In this document: positions 28,344 to 35,779 of the stretch, one piece after another
How positions within the stretch are numbered: position 1 is the first letter of the stretch
How the letters are laid out: each line of letters opens with the position of its first letter
DNA from: Pseudomonadota bacterium
GTDB taxonomy: Bacteria > Pseudomonadota > Alphaproteobacteria > Rs-D84
Direction of reading: 5' to 3'
NCBI GenBank assembly: GCA_023402015.1
Contig: JAEXCU010000011.1
Location: forward strand, 5,275 to 69,274
DNA length: 64,000 bases
Notes under the pieces: model-generated
Database searches by the model: none
Told to the model about the DNA's origin: nothing
The model's input: only the letters and a program-made list of their open reading frames with translations
Translations under genes and position numbers: made by a program

Positions 28344-28498
28344 AACACGTGTCCTTTTAAAATCGTTTTATACCCTGTCCATCTCCCCGATTCGTATGTA
28401 TTTATTGTTGCACAAAAACCGACGTTGTCAAGGCGCAGGTAAAAAATAAAGGCGCGAAATAATTAGAAATATGCTATAATTTCCGCAAAGGTGAAAAT

Positions 28499-29443
28499 AT
28501 GAAATATACAGATTTTGGATTGGTAAATACGCGCGAAATGTTCGCGGATGCAATTGCCCGCGGATATGCGGTACCGGCATTTAATTTTTACAACATGGAA
28601 ACGATGCAGGCAATTTTATCCGCCGCCCGCGACACGCACAGCCCTGTTATTTTGGCGGTATCAGAATCGGCATTAAAATATATGGGCGGCGATACATTAA
28701 TGGGAATGATTTCCGGCCAGAAATTAACACCGTCTGACGGGGTTGCATTGCATTTAGACCATGGGTCTTCATTTGTTGCATGCGCGACGGCGGTTGATTT
28801 GGGATTTTCATCCGTCATGATAGACGGCAGCAGCCTGCCATACGATGAAAACATCGCCCTGGCCCGCCGCGTTGTGGAATACGCACATAAAAACGATGTA
28901 TCAGTAGAGGCCGAATTGGGCCAATTAACCGGTATCGAGGACGAAAACACATTCAGCGATATTTCCAGTTATACAAACCCGCGCGATGCAATTAACTTTG
29001 TCCAGGAAACAGGAATTGATTCCCTGGCCATTGCAATCGGCACCAGCCACGGCGCATACAAACGCAAAGGCGATGATGAAGAACTGCGATTTGATATTTT
29101 AACGGAAATTGCGGCGGCATTGCCCGAATTCCCATTGGTATTGCATGGCGCATCAACAATTCCCGGCCAGTTTGTTAAAACCATAAACGAATTCGGCGGT
29201 GAATTGTCCGGTGCACGCGGAATTCCGGCGGAACAATTGCGCCGCGCCGTAGAGATGAACATTTGCAAGATTAACATAGACAGTGATTCCAGATTGGCAT
29301 TCACCGCATCGGTGCGACTGAACCTGGCCCAGCATCCGACAAACTTTAACCCGCGCGAATATTTATCGTCAGGCCGCGGCGCAATGCATGCAAATTGCAT
29401 TGCCGAAATCCGCGACATCATGGGTTCAGAAAACCGGATTTAA
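28499..29443 (+). CDS. fba: Class II fructose/ketose-bisphosphate aldolase
   Basis: 314 aa with AFNFYNME, LHLDHG, VLHGAS and IDSD motifs. Confidence 0.9.
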   Translation: MKYTDFGLVNTREMFADAIARGYAVPAFNFYNMETMQAILSAARDTHSPVILAVSESALKYMGGDTLMGMISGQKLTPSDGVALHLDHGSSFVACATAVDLGFSSVMIDGSSLPYDENIALARRVVEYAHKNDVSVEAELGQLTGIEDENTFSDISSYTNPRDAINFVQETGIDSLAIAIGTSHGAYKRKGDDEELRFDILTEIAAALPEFPLVLHGASTIPGQFVKTINEFGGELSGARGIPAEQLRRAVEMNICKINIDSDSRLAFTASVRLNLAQHPTNFNPREYLSSGRGAMHANCIAEIRDIMGSENRI

Positions 29444-29448
29444 AAATT

Positions 29449-29898
29449 ATGCCAAATAAATTTAACATTGAAAATATTCATGACGGCACCCAACTGACAA
29501 TTGAAAACCAAAATTATGTGGTGGTCGGAATGGCGCAGTATAAAACGCATGACGGCGCAACATATTATAAAATATTTCTGTCAGACAATCATGTAATCTG
29601 CACAGATTCATCCAATGATGACGTACTGGAATTTGGTCATGAAATTCCCCCTGTGATTTATGAAGCACCCTTTCCAAATGAAATAGAATATGGTGGCGAA
29701 ATTTATTCATTGGATATATCCGCGCATCAGATTTTACAAAAAAAATTCTTTGGCATTGTGGAAAGCGATTGCGATTTTTGGGATTATAAAAATGACGACA
29801 AAAAAATTTCTGTCGGCATTTTATGCCCCAGCAAAAAACGCGCAGATGTAGCAATTAAAATGATTAATAAAAACCTGATTCAAATAACCAAAATTTAA
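29449..29898 (+). CDS. Hypothetical protein (possibly DUF4178-like)
   Basis: 149 aa from the ATG at 29449, just after the fba stop. The ORF-track start at 29395 overlaps fba. Confidence 0.5.
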   Translation: MPNKFNIENIHDGTQLTIENQNYVVVGMAQYKTHDGATYYKIFLSDNHVICTDSSNDDVLEFGHEIPPVIYEAPFPNEIEYGGEIYSLDISAHQILQKKFFGIVESDCDFWDYKNDDKKISVGILCPSKKRADVAIKMINKNLIQITKI

Positions 29899-29902
29899 GT
29901 AT

Positions 29903-29931
29903 TTGCAAAGTTAAAACGCATATTATATAAT
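29903..29931 (+). promoter_or_regulatory. Near-consensus sigma70-type promoter driving leader RNA copy B
   Basis: TTGCAA-17 nt-TATAAT. Confidence 0.6.
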
Positions 29932-29936
29932 TCCCA

Positions 29937-30086
29937 TGCATCGGCCGATTACCGATGCGGGGTGTGATAACCCTTTAAGACACTTTTTACTCCACATTGG
30001 TTGGAGGGTCGCGAATATCCAATAAGCGACACTATTGTCTTAGTAGTTATCAACCTCCAACCGCCCTTAATCACGGCGGTGTTTTT
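29937..30086 (+). ncRNA. Conserved structured leader RNA, copy B (three-way junction 29999-30062 plus terminator 30060-30086)
   Basis: P1 GGUUGGAGG/CCUCCAACC, P2 GUCGC/GCGAC, P3 ACUA/UAGU, terminator ACCGCC-N-GGCGGU-U5. Upstream hairpin GCATCGG/CCGATGC and GGGGUGUGAUAACCC. Confidence 0.6.
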
Positions 30087-30089
30087 ATT

Positions 30090-30172
30090 AACTGGATTGC
30101 CACGCTGCACTTCGTTTGCTGGCAATGACAATTCTCTGTCATTGCGAGGGAGTGAAACGACCGCGGCAATCC
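30090..30172. repeat. Palindromic repeat element (GTCATTGC...GCAATCC family) inserted between leader B and the HTH gene
   Basis: CTGGATTGCC...TGGCAATGACA-ATTCTC-TGTCATTGCGAGGGAGTGAAACGACCGCGGCAATCC. 30137-30166 is an exact inverted copy of 27413-27442. Confidence 0.7.
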
Positions 30173-30197
30173 ATACAAAAAACAGAGAGGAAAAAAC

Positions 30198-30422
30198 ATG
30201 ACAACATTAATTGATTCAAAATACGTCGGCGCAGCGTTGTGCTGTGCACGACGCAACGCAGCGTTCAGTCGGATAGAGGCCGCCAGAATGCTGAACACAT
30301 CGTACCAGGAATTATTACGATACGAACATGGCCAGGCGGTTATACCGCGGGCGATGCTGCACAGTTTGCTGACATTGGGATTTATGATGATGCGCGCGCG
30401 AAACTTTGTCCGCAACCAATAA
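30198..30422 (+). CDS. Small XRE-type HTH protein
   Basis: 74 aa with RBS GAGAGGA. ARRNAAFSRIEAARMLNTSYQELLRYEHGQAVIP is an XRE-like HTH. Confidence 0.6.
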   Translation: MTTLIDSKYVGAALCCARRNAAFSRIEAARMLNTSYQELLRYEHGQAVIPRAMLHSLLTLGFMMMRARNFVRNQ

Positions 30423-30424
30423 CC

Positions 30425-30446
30425 AATCCCCCATGACGGGGGATTT
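30425..30446. terminator. Bidirectional terminator hairpin (copy 1 of an identical 22-mer)
   Basis: AATCCCCCATGACGGGGGATTT. Identical at 31361-31382. Confidence 0.65.
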
Positions 30447-30473
30447 TTACAAAGCCATATAACAAAATTTGCC

Positions 30474-31088
30474 CTATTGCCAATCAGTTAAATCATCATC
30501 TTCGCCATAACTGGCATAGCAAAAATCACTGAGGATACCGCTGCCCGTTTCATCCGAAAAATTGCCGGGCACCAAAAAACACGACGTAATAAAAATTGAA
30601 TTTTCATATGACAACCCATTCATGGGACATCGCAAACATTCAGAATTTATTCCCCATTTCAGGGCCGAAATACCACGCGGTTGTATGTACGAACCATTGG
30701 TACAATAACAATAACCGATATTAACACAGGATTCCAAAACCCTGCCCGCCAGCGTTTTATGTGTTTCATTCATACGGACATTTTCCAACATGTCGCAGGT
30801 TTTATCATACCAATACGTATTGGTAATATCCCTGGCATTTTCGGCCAATGTTCCTGAAAATTCCGCAACGGATGGATATTTATCCAGACATATTGCAGCG
30901 GCATCTGAATAATCCGCCACGTCATAAGAATTGCAATTCTGGGCCGCCACATTGGGATACACCGCATTCGCAACACATGATACAAAATTAACGCAACTGT
31001 CGCATGATTGTCCCAGGTTTATTGTGCCGCCCCCAGATTCACACATAATTAATACGACAAAAAATAATGACCAAAAGAATTTTTTCAT
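30474..31088 (-). CDS. Secreted Cys-rich protein (P6)
   Basis: 204 aa with signal-like MKKFFWSLFFVVLIM. N-domain has CDSCVNFVSC...C...C. C-terminus CLRCPMNGLSYENSIFITSCFLVPGNFSDETGSGILSDFCYASYGEDDD. Confidence 0.8.
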   Translation of the reverse strand: MKKFFWSLFFVVLIMCESGGGTINLGQSCDSCVNFVSCVANAVYPNVAAQNCNSYDVADYSDAAAICLDKYPSVAEFSGTLAENARDITNTYWYDKTCDMLENVRMNETHKTLAGRVLESCVNIGYCYCTNGSYIQPRGISALKWGINSECLRCPMNGLSYENSIFITSCFLVPGNFSDETGSGILSDFCYASYGEDDDLTDWQ

Positions 31089-31116
31089 TTTTCAAACCCC
31101 TGTTTGTTTTGTTAAA

Positions 31117-31320
31117 CAAAAAACCACCGAAAAATTCAGGTGGTCAGGAGGTTGGAAACAATCATGTGAATTGTGCCGCGTATTTTGTATTCCGCGACCC
31201 TCCCGACCCAATGGGCAGGAGTTTTTTTATTGTTGCCACCGGCGATATAAAATACCGCAGGATGTTCTTTGCAACACACATGTCGGGTTTCCACACCCCA
31301 TTTCGGCAACACACCGAAAC
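31117..31320 (-). ncRNA. Conserved structured leader RNA, copy D (junction 31142-31208, terminator 31117-31145) upstream of P6
   Basis: On the minus strand: P1 GGUCGGGAGG/CCUCCUGACC (an extra compensated pair relative to A-C), P2 GUCGCG/CGCGGC, P3 ACAAU/AUUGU, terminator CCACC-N-GGUGG-U6. Upstream GGGGUGUGGAAACCC. Confidence 0.6.
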
Positions 31321-31360
31321 AAATTTATTATATCTGATATGAATTTTTTTAAAAGTAAAA

Positions 31361-31382
31361 AATCCCCCATGACGGGGGATTT
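31361..31382. terminator. Terminator hairpin (copy 2 of an identical 22-mer)
   Basis: AATCCCCCATGACGGGGGATTT. Confidence 0.55.
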
Positions 31383-31397
31383 GAAATAAGTATTCTG

Positions 31398-31475
31398 ATT
31401 ACAAATAAATTAGAATGGCTTAGATGCGGACGGGGGTAACGACGCGGTGTTCGTATTACAAATAAATTAGAATGG
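31398..31475. repeat. Direct 21-nt repeat, two exact copies with 57-nt period
   Basis: ATTACAAATAAATTAGAATGG at 31398-31418 and 31455-31475, with a degenerate third copy near 31533-31550. A 16-bp perfect-stem hairpin lies at 31559-31612. Confidence 0.7.
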
Positions 31476-31640
31476 TGCAGATATGCGAAAACCCGATGGC
31501 GTAGTGTACAAATGCTACATCAGCCGATCAGCATAAATTTATTAGAACGATACAGATACAGGCGAAAAATTTGCGTAGTGTATTAGACATACACAAGCAA
31601 ATTTTTCGCCTGTAGATGTGTTGTTATGATAAATTTTGTT

Positions 31641-32210
31641 TTATTTGGCGCGTTCTACGTATTCCAGGGTTTCCGTATTTACCACGATTTTTTCGCCTGC
31701 ATTGACGAACAAGGGAACCTGAACGCGAACACCGTTGTCCAAAATGGCCGGTTTGCCGCCACTGGATGATGCGGTTTGACCTTTCAGGGCCGGTTCGGTT
31801 TCTTCAACGGTCGCAATTACGGTTTTTGGCAAAGAAATGGAAACCGGATGGCCTTCTACGAAATTTGCCTTGACCAACATTTCAGGGGCCAAGAATTTCA
31901 TTTGATCGCCCAGTGAATCAACCGGCATTGTGAACTGTTCATAATCGGACAGATTCATAAAGAATGCATCTGTGCCGTCCGAATACAAATACTGGCATTC
32001 AAAATCTTCCACCATCAGTTTTTCAACTTTGTCTTCGGCGCGCCAGCGGTCGCCACCTTTGTTGCCCGAATCAATATCACGCAGGTCGGCCTGGACGAAT
32101 GCGCCGCCCTTGCCGGGTTTTACCTTGGTAATTGATGTTATGGAATAGCGTTTGCCGTTGTGGGAAATAACCCAGCCCACGCGCATATCATTTGCAATAT
32201 ATGATGCCAT
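31641..32210 (-). CDS. efp: Elongation factor P
   Basis: 189 aa with VKPGKGGAFVQADLRDI and three OB-like domains. Confidence 0.93.
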   Translation of the reverse strand: MASYIANDMRVGWVISHNGKRYSITSITKVKPGKGGAFVQADLRDIDSGNKGGDRWRAEDKVEKLMVEDFECQYLYSDGTDAFFMNLSDYEQFTMPVDSLGDQMKFLAPEMLVKANFVEGHPVSISLPKTVIATVEETEPALKGQTASSSGGKPAILDNGVRVQVPLFVNAGEKIVVNTETLEYVERAK

Positions 32211-32270
32211 TGTTATACCTCTTTATTTTATGGTTGGATTATAAGAACCAATCCCCCAAACCGCAAGCGT

Positions 32271-32813
32271 TTATTGTACTTCGCGCTTGTGCGCCCAATA
32301 ACGGTCAATTGAATCCATAATCAGTTTGTCGGCCGCCGCGCGGTCTGCCCAGCCCAAAATCTTGGACCATGCGTTTGGTTGCAGGTCTTTGTAATGCTGA
32401 AAGAAATATTCAATTTTTGACCGCAGGATTTCCGGCAATTGTTCCACGTATTCAGTATTTGTGTAATAAGGGTCAATTTTATCGCGCGGAACGCATATAA
32501 TTTTTTCATCGCCACCGGCCTGGTCTTCCATCAGCAGCGCGCCAATCGGGCGCACTTCTATTAAAACGCCGGGACGCAGCGGCGCGTTGCAAACAACCAC
32601 GCAGTCCAGCGGGTCGCCGTCATCGCCCAATGTTCCCGGAAAATATCCATAGTTTGCAGGATACGCCATGGGCGCATGCAGAATACGGTCAACCTTTAAC
32701 AGGCCCGTTTCTTTGTTAATTTCATATTTTACAAAGCCGTTTTCCGGCACTTCTATGATTGCATTCATCTTTTTGGGCGGTAATTTGCCCGGTGCAATTT
32801 CTTCTAATGTCAT
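32271..32813 (-). CDS. ppa: Inorganic pyrophosphatase
   Basis: 180 aa with YPANYGYFPGTLGDDGDPLDCVV. Confidence 0.93.
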   Translation of the reverse strand: MTLEEIAPGKLPPKKMNAIIEVPENGFVKYEINKETGLLKVDRILHAPMAYPANYGYFPGTLGDDGDPLDCVVVCNAPLRPGVLIEVRPIGALLMEDQAGGDEKIICVPRDKIDPYYTNTEYVEQLPEILRSKIEYFFQHYKDLQPNAWSKILGWADRAAADKLIMDSIDRYWAHKREVQ

Positions 32814-32898
32814 TTATTATACCTTCTTTTTTGCCGGGCAATACTATCACAAAAAATGACATTTGCAATTACGAATCGGCACCCAGGTATTTAATTCC

Positions 32899-33495
32899 TT
32901 AATCATAAACATAATAACATTTATCTGAGTATTCACCGGCGCCGGTATCATCGTTGAAATTTCCGGTCAAATAGCATTTATTCAGCGAAAAGTTATCACC
33001 ATAATCACTTTTCCCGCCATTTGGACATTGGGAATATATCATTTGCACAACCAACGCCTGTTGCGCATCATTTTGCACGCCCACGCCCGCCCAGAAATAA
33101 TTTGCATCCGGAAATTCGCATACCCCATGTTCCATACAACGACGCGCCGCAATCAGCGCAATCTGATGCAATTGTTCCTGCAAATGTTCGGCACTCATCC
33201 CCGTATTCGCGTCATAATCGTAATCTTGGCCCATCCGCCATCCCAAATCGGCCAAATCTTCACACATGTATGGTGATTCTGTGCACATTGCGGCAATGGC
33301 GGCATTAGATCGGTTATCGCAGAATGTTTTTGCACTGGCCGCATCCAGTTTATTATAAAAATATTTGCTGGCGTTGCATGATATGTATGCCATGCAGGCC
33401 TGGCATTTTGCAGTTGGCGTTGTCGCAGCATATGCATCTGTACCCAACACGAAAACCATAATACCCACAAGCAAACGTCCGTTAAGATTCGGCAA
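32899..33495 (-). CDS. Secreted Cys-rich protein (P7)
   Basis: 198 aa with a TTG start in the ORF track and signal-like LLVGIMVFVLGTDAYA. N-domain has CQACMAYISC...C...Cx5C. C-terminus QCPNGGKSDYGDNFSLNKCYLTGNFNDDTGAGEYSDKCYYVYD. Confidence 0.75.
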   Translation of the reverse strand: MPNLNGRLLVGIMVFVLGTDAYAATTPTAKCQACMAYISCNASKYFYNKLDAASAKTFCDNRSNAAIAAMCTESPYMCEDLADLGWRMGQDYDYDANTGMSAEHLQEQLHQIALIAARRCMEHGVCEFPDANYFWAGVGVQNDAQQALVVQMIYSQCPNGGKSDYGDNFSLNKCYLTGNFNDDTGAGEYSDKCYYVYD

Positions 33496-33671
33496 AAACC
33501 AAGGAAGAAAACATGCAGAAATCCGCGAATTTTATAAGAAAAGAAACCGCTAAAATTATGGGAGGTTTAGATTCAGCATTGTTAATGGTTTTATTATACC
33601 CCGGATTTCCGCATGTTTCAAGCGAAAACTGTGTCCGCACCGCCCATATTAAACATAAATTAATTCATATG

Positions 33672-33701
33672 AAAAAATCCCGCACGCGGCGGGATTTTTT
33701 T
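33672..33701. terminator. dnaN terminator (bidirectional)
   Basis: AAAAAATCCCGC-ACGCG-GCGGGATTTTTTT. Confidence 0.7.
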
Positions 33702-33718
33702 ATTCGCGGATATATTTT

Positions 33719-34837
33719 TTACATACGCATTGGCATCAATACAAACAATGCGTCTGTCTTTTTATCCGTGGATTTAATGATTGTCGGTGATAATGGGTCC
33801 TGCATTTCCATTTGGAATTTGTCCCCTTCTACCTGGCCGGCAACATCCAGCAAGAATTTCACGTTAAACACAACGGTAAACGCACTGTCGCCATTGTATT
33901 CAATATCCAATTCCTGGGTTGCGGTTCCAGCATCGGGACTGGATGCATTAACAACCAATTTATTCATGGAAAATGTTAACTGAACCGATTTTGTTTTATC
34001 AACACTGGCAACAGATACCAGATCAACCGCGTTAACAAACTGCTTTCTGTCCAAGACGGCAATCTTGTCATTACCCTTGGGTATAACGACGCGGTAATTC
34101 GGATACTGGGCATCAACCAATTTGCTGGTCAATGTTGCGGCACCAACGGTAAAGCGTGCCTTGGTATCAGACAATTCAACCAGGCAATCGTCAACCGTTG
34201 CATCTTCCAGCAATTTTGACAATTCGCCAATAACACGACGTGGCAAAATAACCGCCGGCATTTCCGCGCTGCCCGCCGGGGCCGGAATTGCGCACAGTGC
34301 CATACGCTGGGCATCGGTTGCAACCGCAGTCAGCATTTTTTCTTTGCCTTCGTCAGAAATATGGAAATAAATTCCCCCCAGGTGATAACGAACATCATCG
34401 GTTGGAATTGCAAATTTTGTTTGATTAATCAGATGTGCCAAATCACCGGTTGTCATCTGGAACTTGGTGGTCAGATTGCTGCCCGCCATTGCTGGGAAAT
34501 TTTCCGCCGGCAATGTTGGCAGACGAAATACCGCGCGGCCACTGGAAACAACCAACTGATCCCCAGATTGTTTAAAGTTGATTTCGGCATCGTCTGGTAA
34601 TTTACGAACAATATCATACAACATCTGGACCGGAACCGTTGTCTTGCCACCCAATGTGATATCCGCCGCGACATGTTCAACCAATTCCAAATCCACGTTT
34701 GTCGCAGACAAAACCAAGTCATCTGCAACTTCTAATTTAACATTCATCAATATCGGCAGGGTTGCACGCTTTTCCACAATGGACTGCATATGCCCCAGCG
34801 CACGAATTAAAACCTGACGAAATACTGAAAATTCCAT
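33719..34837 (-). CDS. dnaN: DNA polymerase III beta sliding clamp
   Basis: 372 aa with three-domain beta-clamp layout and C-terminal MPMRM. Confidence 0.92.
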   Translation of the reverse strand: MEFSVFRQVLIRALGHMQSIVEKRATLPILMNVKLEVADDLVLSATNVDLELVEHVAADITLGGKTTVPVQMLYDIVRKLPDDAEINFKQSGDQLVVSSGRAVFRLPTLPAENFPAMAGSNLTTKFQMTTGDLAHLINQTKFAIPTDDVRYHLGGIYFHISDEGKEKMLTAVATDAQRMALCAIPAPAGSAEMPAVILPRRVIGELSKLLEDATVDDCLVELSDTKARFTVGAATLTSKLVDAQYPNYRVVIPKGNDKIAVLDRKQFVNAVDLVSVASVDKTKSVQLTFSMNKLVVNASSPDAGTATQELDIEYNGDSAFTVVFNVKFLLDVAGQVEGDKFQMEMQDPLSPTIIKSTDKKTDALFVLMPMRM

Positions 34838-34963
34838 TATGTGCTCCTGTTAATTAAAATATGCCCTACATTCTTAGGTTTCAGTTTACCAAAAAATGCC
34901 GATTCGGTGCAAGGCCAAAACGACATCCGAAGAATGTACAAAAAATAAGAAAAGTCAAACAAA

Positions 34964-34990
34964 AACACCGCCCTTTTGGCGGTGTTATTT
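34964..34990. terminator. Terminator after cdaA
   Basis: AACACCGCC-CTTT-TGGCGGTGTT flanked by A and T runs. Confidence 0.65.
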
Positions 34991-35002
34991 TTGTGCGCAT
35001 GG

Positions 35003-35761
35003 TTATTTATTCATAACCTTTTCCAATTTTGCACGCAATTTTTTCATGTCGTCATATTTGGTAAACTTTCCTTTTTCGGCAATGGAAATGTCGCCGCTTT
35101 CTTCGCTGACAACCAAAACAGTTGCACTGGATACTTCACTCAGGCCCAATGCGGCACGATGACGGGTTCCATATTTCCAATTCAGATTGTTTTGTGATAA
35201 CGGCAATATTCCACCCGCATACGCAATGCGATTGTTTTCAATTATAACGGCACCGTCATGCAATGGTGTTTTATTAAAAAATATTGTTAACAATAATTCA
35301 CTGCTGATGATTGCATCAATGCGAACGCCCTTTTTATCAATTGCACTTTCGTCCAATGTTGACGGGAATACAATCAGCGCACCGGTATGTTTTCCCGACA
35401 TATATTCCACCGCAGAAACAATCGCATCCAGCGATTCTGTATCACGTTTTGAAACCCCGCCACGTTTGAACATGCGACGCCATCCGTCCAAATTCCCCAT
35501 CAGCGCCATGAATTTGCGCAATTCAGGTTGGAATATAACAATCAATCCCAATGACAGGAATAACGCGGTCCAATGCAAAAATCCGGCCAGCAAATCCAAA
35601 TGCGCCCAAGACAAAATAAAACTGGCCACCCACAACACCGCCAAACCCAACAAACCGCGCACCAATTTTTCCGATGACGTGTTTTGTATAAAACTGCGGT
35701 AAAACATCCATATAATCGCCGCAATAATAACAATTTGAATTAAACCAATCCAATTAAACAT
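35003..35761 (-). CDS. cdaA: Membrane-bound diadenylate cyclase (c-di-AMP synthase), CdaA type
   Basis: 252 aa with three N-terminal TM helices and a DAC domain carrying PLHDGAVII and YGTRHRAALGLSE. Confidence 0.88.
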   Translation of the reverse strand: MFNWIGLIQIVIIAAIIWMFYRSFIQNTSSEKLVRGLLGLAVLWVASFILSWAHLDLLAGFLHWTALFLSLGLIVIFQPELRKFMALMGNLDGWRRMFKRGGVSKRDTESLDAIVSAVEYMSGKHTGALIVFPSTLDESAIDKKGVRIDAIISSELLLTIFFNKTPLHDGAVIIENNRIAYAGGILPLSQNNLNWKYGTRHRAALGLSEVSSATVLVVSEESGDISIAEKGKFTKYDDMKKLRAKLEKVMNK

Positions 35762-35779
35762 TCTTTTACATCCTTTGTT

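Noticed and set aside
31398-31620. Possible CRISPR array.
   Set aside because: There are only two exact 21-nt repeats plus one degenerate copy. Spacers are irregular, there are no cas genes, and the repeat is AT-rich and non-palindromic.
33513-33983. 156-aa plus-strand ORF overlapping the 3' end of dnaN and the P7 upstream region.
   Set aside because: It is antisense to a well-supported dnaN, runs through a terminator hairpin, and has no RBS or recognisable motif.
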